Notes: generated by a model from the letters alone, not told the origin. 64,000 nucleotides of DNA from Sphaerodactylus townsendi (GCF_021028975.2 NC_059433.1:86738001-86802000), one strand, 5' to 3'; positions 11,734-25,600 are shown, counted from the first letter of the stretch. Numbers and translations: made by a program.

Positions 11734-12565
11734 GTGTAGGAAAAGACAGTATCCTTAATTTATGGAAATCTATCATAAATAATGGACAAGACTTCAAGTT
11801 CCCCAGACACCCTCATCAAGGGGAACATGATCAGTCTCTAAATGGTGCCCTGTATACACTATATAAAAACATATATGGCTGTTCCAGAATATGGAACCTC
11901 ACCCAGAGCTCCACTGTATCTAAATACGGACACCCTATAAAAGTGCAGGGGGGAGGGAATTGAATTAAGGTATATAATTGTCAGGGATAAAGGTGTGTGG
12001 TTGTTTAATAGAATGCTTTAGGAACAATTTATCTAGAGGTTGAATTGTCATTACTGTACCTGAAAATGGTGCAGAAAAAAACTCCAGGACTTTCTGCTAC
12101 CTTGCCGTCTTCCTGGTCATGTGGGGGGCCGATTTTGCACCCTCCCCCACATGACCAGATTAGTGGCATCCAGGGAGAGAGGATATCCCCCTTCCCTAGG
12201 CAGATACTCCACTGGATGCTACCTCACCAATTGAGCAGAAGCTGAAAGAATGATAGATTCGTTGTTATTTACAGATGCCAAAAAACGTTTGTCCCTATGT
12301 CTTTGAGAACGCAGCTATGAAGTTGCAAAGAACAACCTACTCCAAAGAATATGGAACAAAACCTGGAGTTATGGAGGCAGAGTGTGTATAGCTCTGATTT
12401 GCACTTGTAAACATCCTTTCCACACTGGGCCCTCTGGGATAGTTAAAGAATTCAGCGAATGAGCTACTTGGAATAAATAAAGAACACTTGACTTGGCATG
12501 CAGCACTTCTAACTGGTTGAAAATAAAGAAGAATTGTTCCTCAGCTTTCCATTTTTCAAACAAAG

Positions 12566-12566
<1 letters not shown>

Positions 12567-12619
<53 letters not shown>
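12567..12619. repeat. (CA)n microsatellite
   Basis: About 26 CA units; shorter tracts at ~1128-1147 and ~13001-13026. Confidence 0.95.
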
Positions 12620-12624
<5 letters not shown>

Positions 12625-15419
12625 AGTGGTACCAGTAAATCTCAGCATTATTAACTTCTTATAATCCTTTCATGCACATACAAATTGTTAAAAAAAATCT
12701 TCAAACTCCCACCAGTTCAAGCCTGGAAGTTTTATAGTGACCCAGTGAATTCCAAAAACTCTAGGAAGTGCCAAGTGAATAGACCTTAGAGAAATCACTG
12801 TCAGCTACTTAGTCCTATGGATAACAATGGGTGACTTTACTAACCTGATTTTATGTATCAAGAAAGTAACCAGAAGTTATTCATTGGCAAAATGATCATG
12901 AAGGTTATGAATCAAATTCTTTTTAAAAAGGATATCAAAACATTAATAGGTAAGTTTATTCTCAGAAGAAATGCAAGTGAGAATGAAAAAGCTTCACAGA
13001 ACACACACACACACACACACACACACTCCACCAAACATTATTAATTGCAAATGCGAATCAGACTAAATCAGAATTAAGGCTGAAAAGTATATTTTTGTAT
13101 GCAAGAAAATAAGTACATTAAACAGCCATCAATAATACAAACTTCAGGGAAATTATAAATGTCTAATTTTTATCTAAAACTTCTTGATATCTGTCTATAT
13201 TAAATCAGCATCCATATTAAAGCGCCATAGAATACAAAATACTTCTATATTGTTACTGTATATTCCTTAATGTGTCCATATGGGGGCAGTAATGCTTAAG
13301 AAAATAAAAACTTATACTATAGTCACCTTAATTAATTCGTTCAGAGAACCTTCTTAGACTTTCCCAATGTAAAAAACATATACAGCTATTAGTCAGAAAA
13401 GAGAAAATATGTAGCATTTAAGGTTACGGCCTATAAAACTGTTCTTCTCAACAATACCACTGAAGAATTATATTTAAGACCACCCAGTGTCTGTTATGCC
13501 TCCTGAGTATGTAGATTTTCCCCTCAGCAAGATATATTAAGGAAGTTAAATCTTCATTTCTACATCTGAGTTGCTCTGTAAGCTATGTTTCCAGATTAGC
13601 CATTGTTTGTTCGTTTTTTCTTCACGCCACTGTTTCTAAACTGGATCTACAGAGCTACTTAAAAGCCTGAACCCAATAGAACTGTTGTTTAATTTATATT
13701 ATGCCTAAAACCTGTGAAGCTTTGGGTCCTGATATTATATCTGCAACTCTGGAAGACCCAGATCTCCAATTTCACACAGCACAGCACATACAGAGACTTC
13801 AGTGTGAGGATAGGCACTGGCTTACCCAGTTCCATGGATTGTGTAAATAGGCAGTTGACAGCAATCTAAGCAAGTCTTCAAAAATACTCAATGGGGCTTT
13901 CTCCGAAGAAAGCAATTTTAGTATTGCACTGTAAGATTTCAGAGAGAAGGGACAAGGGTCGACGAAAGCTTTTATTCAGCATAATGCAACTCTGTACAGA
14001 GCCACCCCTGCCCTTCACAATACTTATTTCACCTGACCCTGTTAAATGCACATTGTGAAAATATCAGGACATGGGAGAAGTTGAACATTATATTAGGTAC
14101 TAGAGAGGAAGAAGCCAACGTTCAACTACAAGTCTGGGAATTTTCTTTATAATTTGCAGTACTTCATCTCAACTGGTCAGTTAAGTGGAGTTTCAAGGTC
14201 AGGGCCAACATTTTAGTCTCCCCTTGGATATAAATATTTTGAACCCCACTGACTTGAGAGAGAAAGGCAGGATAAAAATATTTTCAATAAATATTCCCAT
14301 ATGACCATCTTGGCTTCCTGTGGGTACAAAAAGGGGGTGGTTTTTTGCCACCTGTTGATGCTTGCAGGGCATCTTGCAGGGCATCAGTAGACGCAAGGAC
14401 CCACCGATCCCATTCAGTCTAATGGAGAAAAATCGACAGCCACTCCATTTTAAAGGAGAAGCACATAATTAAGTGATATCCTTACAAACTGTTGTAGCTG
14501 ATGGGACCTAAAGTTTGACTTGCACAGACAAAAAAAAGGGGGGGTATTTGCTTGCTTTGAGTCACAGAACAGAACTGTGACTAAATCACAACTTCACTAT
14601 GCCAAGGACATGGTGGACTTCCAGAGAAGAGAAAAGAAAGGCTTATCTGTGTCAGGTTGTTAGCTCAAAGAACAGACACTGCCCTATCCCTGGCTGAAGA
14701 AGGCCAAAGCTATGGAGCATATCTGGTGATTAAGCTGATGGCTATCATACCAGCTGACTGCCAGAGGGGAACTCTAGAGTTCACTACAGATGGAAGTAGC
14801 TTACAGACTGAAAGGGGATCAGTTTTCTTTATAATTTGGAACTAATAAGGAGTTTCCTCTATGGCAGATGGATTTTCTCTGCCTACTGGAATAGGACCTT
14901 AGCAGTTGCAGCTAAATACCTGGTGTAGTCATAAAAAGAGAAAGCTGTCAACTCGGTCTGAATTTGCAATTCAGGCTGCATGAGATTTAGCTCCAGCAGT
15001 AACCTGGGTCAAAATCACAGATAAAATAAGTTTGGACGTTATAGCCCTCTGACATATGCAATTCGAAATCAACCACCTCTGCAAGCTTTGATCCTACTCA
15101 CAGGTATACATGCTACACTGAGGATGGATTTAATTCAACTCTTTGTCCCCATCACAATCTCCCTCCCCACTCGCCCTGCCCCTATTTGCCTCATGGGAAA
15201 AATATATAGGAGAACATATAGCAATGATCTGGGGCACAAATAGTATCCCAGAGATCAACTGAGATCATGAAAACTATGTGTGGCAGTGAAGAATTAACCC
15301 CACCACAACCCTTACCATGCTACAGGGCCAGTCTGAGTTATAGGCTATATGTCGAAGGTATTTATTTATGTAAGATTTAAACTATTTGTCTTATTTCACT
15401 GTTATTTATTTAACTTATC

Positions 15420-15565
15420 AACCTCTTTAATCCCCCAATGAGAATCCAAAATTTACAGCATTCTCCCCCTCTCCATTTTATCATCACAACAACCCTACAT
15501 GGTAGGCCAGACTGAGCACGTGTGACTGGCCCAAAGACATCCCAGCAAGCTTCCACTGCAGAGTA
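15420..15565 (-). mobile_element. Squamate SINE 3' fragment
   Basis: CTCCATTTTATCATCACAACAACCCT..GTGTGACTGGCCCAA..CCCAGCAAGCTTCCA, typical SINE body in reverse orientation, preceded by (TTTA)n tail. Confidence 0.6.
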
Positions 15566-16024
15566 CTATTCATGAATTACAATTTACTTCCGTGTGTGTG
15601 TTTTTTTCTGGAGTGCTTTCATGTACTTTGACACTCCATTAACCATAATTTCTAACATTTTATGCGGAAAAATTTGGGAGAAGGTTTTTTTAACCTGACG
15701 TTTTGTGGTTCTGCCTCATAAAGCTACTAGAGGACTCTTTGCATGGCTTTTTCATCGGCTGATGTAATCAATGTGGGCTGGGTGGGATGGAAGAGGAGAA
15801 GAGGCATAAAGAGGGGAGGGTGCACATGTACACAGTAGCTTTATTAATCGATAAAAGCAGTGGGAACTTGGGTCACATTCTTTTACTATAACCCAGCCTC
15901 AGAAACCAAGCACTGCTGTGAACATCATAAAATCTTTAAATCAAGATGTAGACGCTGCTCTCAGAAACTTTACTGAAAGTGGAATCAATGAAATAAACCG
16001 TTTTAACAGTGCCTAACCTTTCTT

Positions 16025-16158
16025 CGGTGGTGGGATTCAGCAGGTTCGCACCACTCTGGCAGAATCGGTTGTTAAAATGGTGCTTGTAAACAACCAGTTG
16101 TTAAATTATTTGAATCCCACCCCCAGAACCGGTTGTTAAATTATTTGAATCTCCACTG
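16025..16158. mobile_element. Short non-autonomous hAT (CAGTGGTGGGATTC-type TIR)
   Basis: CGGTGGTGGGATTCA / TGAATCTCCACTG termini; 6/8 TSD (CCTTTCTT / GCTTTCTC); internal duplicate of the right end; related to 62466-62657. Confidence 0.75.
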
Positions 16159-16394
16159 GCTTTCTCTCACATCTGACCCTAAAATTAAAATGTGCCATAA
16201 TAAACCTGAAGATTATCTGTCAGAAATCATGATACCTCTGCATCCTGCAGCAATCATTTAAGCTGGTGAGTATTACGGTTATGCTAAAAATAGCCTCTTA
16301 AACATTTAGGCCAAAATTAAGACTACTACCTACAAAACAGTCAACACAAATTGAAAACTGTACACGATTACACACTGCACACCCCTACAACATA

Positions 16395-16628
16395 AGTGTG
16401 ATTTTGCCATCAAGTCACAGCTGATTTATGGTGACCGCTGTAGGGTTTTCAAGGCAAGGCACATTGGGAAGTGGGCTGCCATCACCTGCCTCCATATGGG
16501 CTGAGAACATTCTGGAAGAACTGTGACTCTTCCAAGGTCACCCAGAAAGGTTCATTTGGAGGAGTGGGGAATCAAACCAAGTTCTCCAAATCAGAGTCCA
16601 CCGCTCTTAACCACTACACCGTGTTGGG
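16395..16628 (-). mobile_element. tRNA-derived SINE with RTE-type tail (Sauria/Squam-like)
   Basis: Minus strand A box GGTGTAGTGGTTAAGAGCGG, B box GGTTTGATTCC; 3' end CCTTGAAAACCCTACAG..CACCATAAATCAGCTGTGACTTGATGGCA. Confidence 0.75.
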
Positions 16629-17948
16629 TTCCTTGCAACATGCAAGGAAGAAATGTACCTACTATAAACTAATATTCTTCACACACAAAAACTGAACTTC
16701 CAGTTGATGTTAAAGCTGTGGGTTTTGCCAATATGATGGTGATTCCCAAGCAATGTCCTTTTTCCAGAATTCTCTTTTTGGAAAAGAAGAGTAGAAAAGT
16801 GTTGCCTTTTTATTTTACTTTTCAGGTTTAGATTGATGTGGCAAGAAAGTGTATCATTATGGAACATGCTGGCAACATGGTTCTAATACCCTACCTAGCG
16901 AATGCTATGACATAATGGAAGGCTGCAGGAGAAAATAAGAAAATCAGGTGGGAGTGGTTTACTCAGAAATGAGATCAGCAAGACCTTTTATCCTCTTCAG
17001 CCATTGCAACTAGTTTAATGGATGAACTTGCATTGTGGAAATTACAGCAATATTGAAAACTAGTAATAAAGCCAGTTGTGGGGGAAAAAATACAACGGGC
17101 TCTAGAAAACTAATTCTCCCAGGGCAGGAGACATGAACAAGGCATACGTATTAGAAAGGGCACCTGGAACAAACACTTAAATTGCACGCACGTATGCACG
17201 CACGCACCCTGAAACATCCCAGCTTTGCCAAAGAGGGGCAAGCAGGGTGCCTGTGAAAATGAGGAGAGTTCTCCCCATCTCCAATCCCCACCCCAGGGAA
17301 GACCTGGCAATCTCAGAACATCACAGACCCAGGCATGAGCCTCCTCACCTTGGTACAACCATGAGCCAAGGTAGACTTTTCAGTGGTTGCAGACAGTCCT
17401 ACAACCAGCTTCATAAAACTGGACTTTATATGGATTTGCTGACAGTGGTTACAAAAACAAATGGCATATAATTGAACAAAAAAACCTGTTTACACTGCTG
17501 ATTATAGGAAAAATAAAACAAACAATAAAAACTATCTTCTCCGCCTTGGTCTAGAACTTACCTCTCCATGACTTCAAATTAAGAAGATGGCAGAATAACT
17601 TTCAAATTAAGAGATTTGTTTCATCCTTTTGTACTTTTCCTCCCTAGGTATTCTCATTAAGAGATTTCTGACAGCCAGGTACTGGCTTCCTCTTTACCAG
17701 CCATCTGTGAAAATCCCAAGTCAGTTCTTTCTAACATTTTCCTGTTCCCCAAAATAATCTCTTTCTCCTAGTTTTCCAAAGTCCCCTCTCTCCTGTCCGA
17801 TCCAAAGAATATGATTCCATTGTCCATGAGTCCTTTGTGCATAACATTTGGGGAATGGGGAATTTTCTTGCATTCAGGGTCATCTTCCTTTTGGGTACAT
17901 ATGCTATGCTCTTCACAAAGGCAAACTAAACTCAAACCATGAAACTTT

Positions 17949-18104
17949 CTGGGGTGCTGTGTGGTTTCCGGGCTGATCCTCTGAAGATGTCAGCCACAGA
18001 TGCAGGCAAAACATCAGAAGAGAATGCTGCTATAACATGGCCATACAGCCCGGAAACCACACAGCACCCCAGTGATTCTGGCTGTGAAAGCCTTCGACAA
18101 TATA
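17949..18104 (+). mobile_element. Penelope-like element fragment with inverted 5' segment and decayed minimal hammerhead ribozyme
   Basis: Perfect 27-bp inverted repeat (17949-17975 / 18046-18072); CCT-CTGAAGA-TGTC..GGC-AAAACATC-AGA; ends GAAAGCCTTCGACAATA; 7-bp TSD AAACTTT. Confidence 0.8.
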
Positions 18105-20372
18105 AAACTTTTGCCTACAAACCTCTTCCTAGGAAGGAAGTTTCAGTTACCCCCTGAGCATTACCAAAACCTCTTATTAAACATTTGCCCTGCAAAGCTG
18201 TGACTTCACAGATAACCTGTGGGTGAAAGTGTCCTTTCACCAAAACTCCTTGCTTTCACCCAGTCGTTGATGGGTGCATTCAACCTAGTTTGCACCACAA
18301 CTCCAAAACAAATCAGACCCTTTCCTGTGCAGCACATATCTGAAGAGACATAAGATGTGAGTACTCCAAGCAAGGTGTAAATATATGCAGACAGGCAATT
18401 GAAACAATCCTTCTTTTAGAAAAAACACACACTAAAATGTGATAACTTCACCACGGAGCGCCCACATCTTATTTTACTTAAGGTATGTTCAGTGGTCGAG
18501 CGGCAGCCATGCAAAGCCTCTCGCTGACCGGCAGATGTGCAAATTAGATCATGGTCTTCCATCTGATGAAGCAAGATTTTCCCTGCAACCGTTTACGCTC
18601 CAGCGAAGTCATGTGTGATAGCAAGGCACATGCTGCTATTTTTGTTGTTTAAACTCTTCTACAGTTTGCCAACATAAATTGTACATTCAGCAGCATGAAT
18701 AAGTGATATATTATTGCCCAGTCAGAATACTTATCCTGCAGTTTAAGGCAATTAGTCAAGTGCTGTCAGAGACTGATTCACTTGAGCAAGTCCCAAGTTT
18801 CTCAGAAGATCAAAGATATCCAGTGTAGCATTCAGCCCTAACCAAATCCAGATTCACACTTTCGATTAGGTATTTATGTTGATTCCGTGACTACTTCTTT
18901 TCCAAATCCATAAAGAATAAGAGTGCTGTTGTTTTTTTACTAATATTTGTTTAATTAAGTTAATTAATTACAGCTCAACTAAAGTATTTTAACTGAAGAC
19001 CTCACACAGCTTTCAAAGAAGTCTCTGTAAGTTAATCCTCTTTTTTAAAAAAAAAAACTGGCACTGAGGATGAAGTCAATAAATTGTCAATTAATAACAT
19101 GCTTACTTTGATGGCTCTTCAAGTAATTTACTTTCATACCACTTCATAAATTTCCTAGCACAACTTCTGGAATTTTGAGTGTAGTACCTCTGCCATGGGA
19201 AAATTTGGTTTAAATCTGCTCTGCTGCCAATAAACCAATAAGACTAACTGGCTGATAATCCTCCCACACTGCACTGTTCAGGTATATGCAGTCAACCAGT
19301 GAAAGTTTAATTTGTTCCGCTAATGGCACAGAAAACTACTTGGAGTTATTCACTGTTAAGTCTAAACTTCAGCTTACTCCTGTCATGTGGTCAAAAACCT
19401 AAATCATTCAGTGCTTGGTAACATGAGCTGTTTTATCTTTCTGTTGATCCAAAGCATAACAAGTATAATGAGCACCACAGATAACCCATATTGAATTGCA
19501 CTGTCAGTAAAAACAATTATGTACAAAATCCCTAAAAAGTATCTGCTTGGGCTGCTATAAAATAACACAAACTTTTTTACTGAGTAGCTTTTAACTGTTT
19601 CTTTAAATACAGACTTTGAGTTAAAATAGTATATAATAATACTGGGTATATTAGACTTAGTTATGTAAATCTAGACCGCAAAGGTAAGTTCAAATACATT
19701 TAAGTGACCATTTATTAATTTCTTATCAATTACCATAATTAAACTTTAGTTTTTGTTGTGTGGTCAACTAATGTTGGATCATTTTTTGTAATGTTGGTGC
19801 TTTAGAAGAAGTGGGGTTAGCAATCCAGCTCCCGCTCACATGCTGGAGGGTCTGTTATGCCTTGTGAAGAAAAGGAAAGGGAACAGGAGATCATGTGGTG
19901 GTTATACTCTGTAATCCCATGCTGTTGCCCATACCTCTGCCCCTTGTGACCAGCTATACAGGATTGGGATGGGGTCAGAACCAACAAATAGGAGTGGGGA
20001 CTGCTCCTCTTTGGTGTGAACTAGACCTTGAACTAGAGGTAGCTGGAGGCAGGCTGGGTATCGGGTGCCCTCTGTCAGCAAAAACAATCCTCTTTCCCAC
20101 AGCTTTTCATCTTTGCTAAATCCAGAGGGTATGTTCAGGAAAACAGGGCTGGAAAATAATTTTATCCAAGGTCCTGAGGCCAAATGATAATGGGGTTTAA
20201 CCTTCCTCATGTCTGTCTGTCTATGTGCGCGTGCACGTGTGTGTAATGTTATAAGTGCACCCTATTTTGTTACAACTGGCTAGAGAACATAAGGCAAGGT
20301 TATGTGAGGACAGGTTCCCCGATGAAGGAAAGTGCTGTCAAGTTGCAGCTGACTTAGGACAACCCCGTAGAG

Positions 20373-20510
20373 CAGGGGTCTTCAAACTATGGTCCTCCAG
20401 ATGTTCATGGACTACAATTCCCATCAGCCCCTGCCAGCATGGCCAAATGGTAGGGCTCATGGGAATTGTAATATCTGAACATCTGGAGGGCCATAGTTTG
20501 AAGACCCCTG
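20373..20510. mobile_element. Palindromic hAT MITE (hairpin family, CAGGGGTCTTCAAACT termini)
   Basis: Perfect terminal inverted repeats; perfect TSD CCGTAGAG (20365-20372, 20511-20518). Confidence 0.93.
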
Positions 20511-20576
20511 CCGTAGAGTTTTCAAGCCAAGAGACCAACTCAGGTGGCTTGCTACTACCTGCCTCAGCATAGTGAC

Positions 20577-21194
20577 TGTGGAGAAATTAGTCACATTACT
20601 TTAATTTCTCCAATCTGTAGCTCTGTCAGCTAAAAGTCATGCCCAGCTGAAAACTATGTTCTTTCTGAATGGGACCCTAATCATCTTCGTAAGTAATTAC
20701 ATCTGCTAGCAATCATGACTGTTGGCCAAGCTGACTCAGCAAATTACCATGAGAACGTTATTGGTCTGTTCATACCACCTGACGGGTAGTTTTTGTGTAT
20801 AATTACCTTTCAATGCTCTCATTGGAATCTATCTATCCTTTTCTTTTTCTTTGTTTTCACTGCTGTTACTCTGTTTCAATATACTGACTGTTATCTGAAG
20901 TATTTTCAACTTGTTAATTGTTGCCAGTTAGTCTTATCTGTAATATTTATTGTTATTCTCTGCTTGCATTAGCTGTAAGGAAAGCTACGCTGCTGAATGT
21001 TTTAAACTGTTATAATTATATCTTGCACATGCATTTTCAGCTGAGTTGTTTATTGAGCAGGAGCAGCTCTCAATAAACTTTAAAATATATTTTTCTAAGT
21101 TTTTGTGTTTCTGCATTCATGCGTGCACTTTTACAAAATCCTAACCCACGTTTCTTTGTTAAGAGTAGGCAGTAAGCTTATCTCTTTCTCTACA
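20577..21194 (+). mobile_element. Solo LTR, 618 bp
   Basis: TGTGGAGAAA...TTTCTCTACA (TG..CA, 9/10 inverted termini); 5-bp TSD GTGAC (20572-20576, 21195-21199); AATAAA at ~21073; splits a SINE. Confidence 0.82.
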
Positions 21195-21327
21195 GTGACC
21201 CTGGACTTTTTCAGCGCATCAGAGCAACCTAGATGTCCCAGCTAGAAGAAAACACAGTTGGAGTAAGGATCCACAGGGGACCTGACAGCTAACCCAGGAG
21301 CCCAGTCTAAGGTGAAGTTAAACGTCT

Positions 21328-24300
21328 CACAGAATCATAAAGTTGGAAGAGACCCTGAGGGCCATCAAGTCCAACCCCCTGCAATGCAGGAATAGACATT
21401 CAAAGCACTCCTGACAGATGGCCACCTCCAAAGACAGGGACTCCACTACACTCCAAGGAAGGAAATTCGAACAGCCCTGTCAGGATGTTCCTCCTAATGT
21501 TTAGATGGGATCTCTTTTCCTGCACCTTGGACCCATTACTCCTTGCCCTAGTCTCTGAAGTAGCAGAAAACAAGCTTGCTCCCTCTTCAACATGCCATCC
21601 CTTCAAATATTTAAACATGGCTATCATGTCACACCTCAACCTTCTCTTTGCCAAACGAAGCATACCCAGCTTCTTAAGTCTCTCCTCATAAGGTATGGAT
21701 TCAAGACCTTTTACCATTTTGGTCACCCTCCTCTGGACCTGTTCCAGCTTGTCAATATCCTTCTTGAATTGTGGTGCCCAGAACTGAACACAGTATTCCA
21801 GGTGAGGTCTGACCAATGCAGAGTAGAGTGGTACAATAACTTCCCTCGATCTAGACACTATATTCCTATTGATGCATTCCAGAATTGCATTGGCTTTCTT
21901 GGCTGCTGCATCGCACTGCTGACTCATGTTCAGCTTGTGGTCTACTAATACTCCCAGATCCCTTTCACATGAAGTGTTGTCAAACCAGGTGTCACCCATC
22001 CTATATCTGTGCATTTCATTATTATTATTTTTTGACTAAGTGGAGTATCTTATATTTATCTCTGTTGAAGTTCATTTTGTTAGCTTTGGCCCATCTCTCT
22101 AACCTGTCCAGGTCCTTTTGAATCCTGACCCTCTCCTCTGGGGCACTAGCTACTCATCCTAATTTGGTGTCATCTGGAAATTTGATTAGGATGCCCTCTA
22201 TTTCATCGTCCAAGTCATTGATAAAAATATTGAATAGCACTAGACCCAGGACAGAATCCTGTGGCATCCCACTAGTCACTTCTCTCCAGGATGAAGATGA
22301 CCCATTGATGAGCACTCGTTAGGTTCAGTCAGTCAACCAATTGCAAATCCATCTAATATTAGCATTGTCCAGTCCACATATTACTAGCTTACTTACAAGA
22401 ATGTCATGGGGCACCTTATCAAAGGCTTTACTAAAATCTAGGTATACTACATCAACAGCATTCCCTTCATCTGCCAAGCATGTCACTCAATCAAAAAAAG
22501 AAATGAGATTAATCTGGCATTATTTGGCTTTGAGAAAACCATGTTGACTTTCAGTGATCACACTATTCCTAAGTGCTTACACACTGTCTGTCTAATGATC
22601 AGCTCCAGAATCTTTCCTGGTATTGATGTCAGGCTGACTAGACGGTAACTGTTTGGGTTCTCTTTTTTCCCTTTTTTGAAGATGGGAATAACATCAGCCC
22701 TCCTCCAGTCCACTGGGACATCTCCTGTTCTCCAGGAGTTCTCAAAGATTATGGCAAGTAGTTCTGAGATTACTTCTGCCAGTTCTTTTAATACCCTGGG
22801 ATGTAGCTCATCAGGGCCTGGAGATATGAATCCATTTAAGGTAGCCAGATATTCCTGTACCACCTCTTTATTTATTCTATGCTGAATTTCCCCTACTGTA
22901 TCTTGCATTGCATTTTCCCCTGGATGAGCACTGTTTTCTTTTTGAGAAAAAACCGAGGCAAAGAAGGTATTAAGTAGTCCTGCCTTTTCTCCATGCTCTG
23001 TCAGCATTTTGCCATCTTCTCCATTCAGTGACTCTGTCCTATCTTTTTATTCCTTTTTCTATGAACATACCCAAAAAAGCCTTTTTTGTTGTTTTTAACC
23101 TCTCTGGCAAGCCTCAGCTCATTGTGAGCTTTAGCTTTTCTGACTTTCTCCCTATATGCCCTCGCTATTTGTTTGATTTGGTGATTTCCCCCCTTTTCCA
23201 TTTCTTGTACGTGTCCTTTTTAAATCTTAGCTCAGTTGAAAGTTCTTTAGACATCCATCCTCATTTCCTTAGACACCTCCCATTTTTCCTCCTCATTGGA
23301 ACTGTTTGAAATTGTATCTTCACGGTCTCAATTTTAAGAATGCATCCATCATGCACTCCCTTCCCTTTTAGTATTTTTAACCACGGGATCCCATCCAGTA
23401 GTTTCCTAAGCTTTCTGAAGTCTGCTTTTTAAAAATCTAGAATGCGTGTATGACTACGCTTAGCATCCCCTTTGCACTGTTAACAAACTCCAGGAGAATA
23501 TGATCACTCCCACCTCAGGATCCTATCACTTCCACTCCACTAATCAGGTCATCATTATTGGTTAGAAGTAGACCTAAAATAGCTGTTCCCCTCATTGCTT
23601 CTTCCGCCTTCTGGACCATGAAACTGTCTGCAAGGCAAGTGAGAAATGTGTTGGACCTTGGCAGAGTTTGACTCCCAACAAATATCAGGATAATTGAAAT
23701 CTCCTGTTACTATTTTTTTTCCTTTCTGAAAGTTTGGTCATCTGTTCCAGGAAGGCTTCATCCAACTCTTCAGCCTTGCTTGGAGGTCTGTAATAGACCC
23801 CCACAATGAGATCACTGCTATTTTCCCTCTTCCTTAATTTTTACCAAGATGCCCTCAACATGGTTTCCAGGATTTAAGTGATCCCTGGTCCCTCCACTTC
23901 TTTGATTCACATTCCTCTAATTGCCCACCTTCGGTGTTTGAGAGCTGCTATCCTCCTCAGAGAGATCCCCTGTGGGTTCCGACCTATTACTGTCTGCTCC
24001 GTTCTGTCCAGGAAATCTTCAATTTTCTTAATGTTCTGAAGTGCAGATTCTTGCGCCTCTAGCTTCTGGACCTTCTCTTCCAAAAGAGCAACCAGCTTAC
24101 ACTTGCTGCAGGTGTAAATAACCACAACGCTCAGCAAAAAACAACAACAACATTCCACAGCTATTGCAGGTGACTGCAGCAACTCCTTGACTATCCATAT
24201 TTAGTAGTCTTCAACAGTGTTTCCTTCAAAAAGTCTTGCCTATTTAACCAAGGACTTGTTCACTGAGCTCCAGGGAATGAGAACTAGTGCAATGGTTCTC

Positions 24301-24520
24301 AGCCTTCCTAATGCCGTGACCCTTTAATACAGTTCCTCATGTTGTGGTGACCCACAACCCTAACATTTATCCATTTTACAGATGGAGAACACTGATGCAG
24401 AGAGTCTTAGGTGACCCCTGGGAAAAGGTCGTTCAACCCCCAAAGGGGTCACGACCCACAGGTTGAGAACCGCTGACCTAGTGTCTGGAGCCTCTACCCC
24501 ACGTCCAGACTCTAACTCAC
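21328..24520 (-). mobile_element. CR1 LINE family B, decayed, internally deleted
   Basis: ORF2 pieces 21400-22014 and 22558-23007 (SPGPDELHPRVLKELA, VIPIFKKGKK..YRLVSLTS, ERDLGV); APE remnants to ~23880; ORF1 N-terminal zinc finger/leucine zipper 23907-24182 (YTCSKCKLVALLEEKV); ORF1 esterase missing; 5' boundary approximate. Confidence 0.9.
24290..24475 (-). mobile_element. SPIN MITE, subfamily 2
   Basis: SPIN termini; TSD AACTAGTG / ACCTAGTG (7/8); internal core shared with 37909-38094. Confidence 0.92.
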
Positions 24521-25469
24521 CTTCTATTGTCTCCCCCAAAATTGCTACTTACTAACCAAAACGAAACCACATCTTCAGCAAGACCAGTGGTTCTTTTAGT
24601 TCATCTAACAGCAGATCTCCAGGGGCTCAGACAGAATTCCCAGCTACATAAGGTCCCCTTACTAGAGATACCAGGCTTTGAAACCAGGAATGTATGACTG
24701 CATTGAATAGCCCCTCCTAGAACAGGCAACAATACAAAGCAGATGTGGTTTTAAAAATGCTTATTACTTCTCCCAAAGACCTGTTTATGGGACACCATTC
24801 CTTCTGCCTCTCTACATCCAGTATACATCATTTTAAGCCCCACAGCAGCTTTTTAAAAAAGTTGAAGTCCAATAACACAATGTATACCTAGTATAGCACT
24901 GTAAGACTCACATAATCTTGTCCTGGCCTCTCGCCCAGTTAGAAAGTGGAAGGACTGAATAGGCCAAAATGGACTATGCCACTTCAGACTGAGAAAGAAT
25001 TATATTTTTTTTCTAAAATTCCTCTGAATTAATTTTTCTCTGTTAATGGAAAAGGTAAGTGGAAGTATTAGATGAGCTTTTTATCTTTCAGGAGTTTTGA
25101 CCTGGAGAACATTAAATATGCAACCCCACCTCATCCGCTCTCTGAAATCACATAGCCCGTTTTTCCACCTCAGAATTCTACCATCTCATTTCTTCTACAT
25201 GCATGACCCCAGTCTCTAAAGTCAACCATTTCAAACTTTCACCTTGTGGGCTCTTTCACGTGCTGATTATTACAACAGAGTAAGGAAATGGGCCATCTTG
25301 GAAGATCATGAATTTCCAAATATATTTCACAATGCTGTGTCTTTTAACATGCAGGAGGAGTGAAAAGAATGGCCTCTGAAGCAGCCAACCACTATTTTGG
25401 AAACCATTTTGATTGTTTTTCCTTCCTCTGGTTTCCCACTTTGGTACCAACATCCACTTTGCTTGCAGG

Positions 25470-25600
25470 ATGTTCATTTCCACGGCATCCTTAATTAAAC
25501 AGGTCAGAAGATGATGAGACCCAGGGGGAGCCACTACCAGTCAAGTACTGACCTTGAAGGACCAGTGATTTGACTCAATGTAAGGCAGCTTTATGAATTT
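25470..25600 (+). repeat. Degraded SINE/CR1-type 3' tail
   Basis: GAGCCACTACCAGTC..TACTGACCTTGAAGGACCAGTGATTTGACTCAATGTAAGGCAGCTT resembles CR1-dependent SINE tails. Confidence 0.45.

Larger units (their letters stand above)
20328..21215 (-). mobile_element. Old SINE (RTE-type tail) interrupted by a MITE and a solo LTR
   Basis: GTGCTGTCAAGTTGCAGCTGACTTAGGACAACCCC[MITE]GTAGAGTTTTCAAG..CAGCATAGTGAC[LTR]CCTGGAC; same tail as SINE at 16395. Confidence 0.6.

Noticed and set aside
16251-16270. Plus-strand cag|15 nt|gtgagt microexon-like pattern
   Set aside because: Antisense to VPS13B and no other plus-strand exons found; expected by chance.
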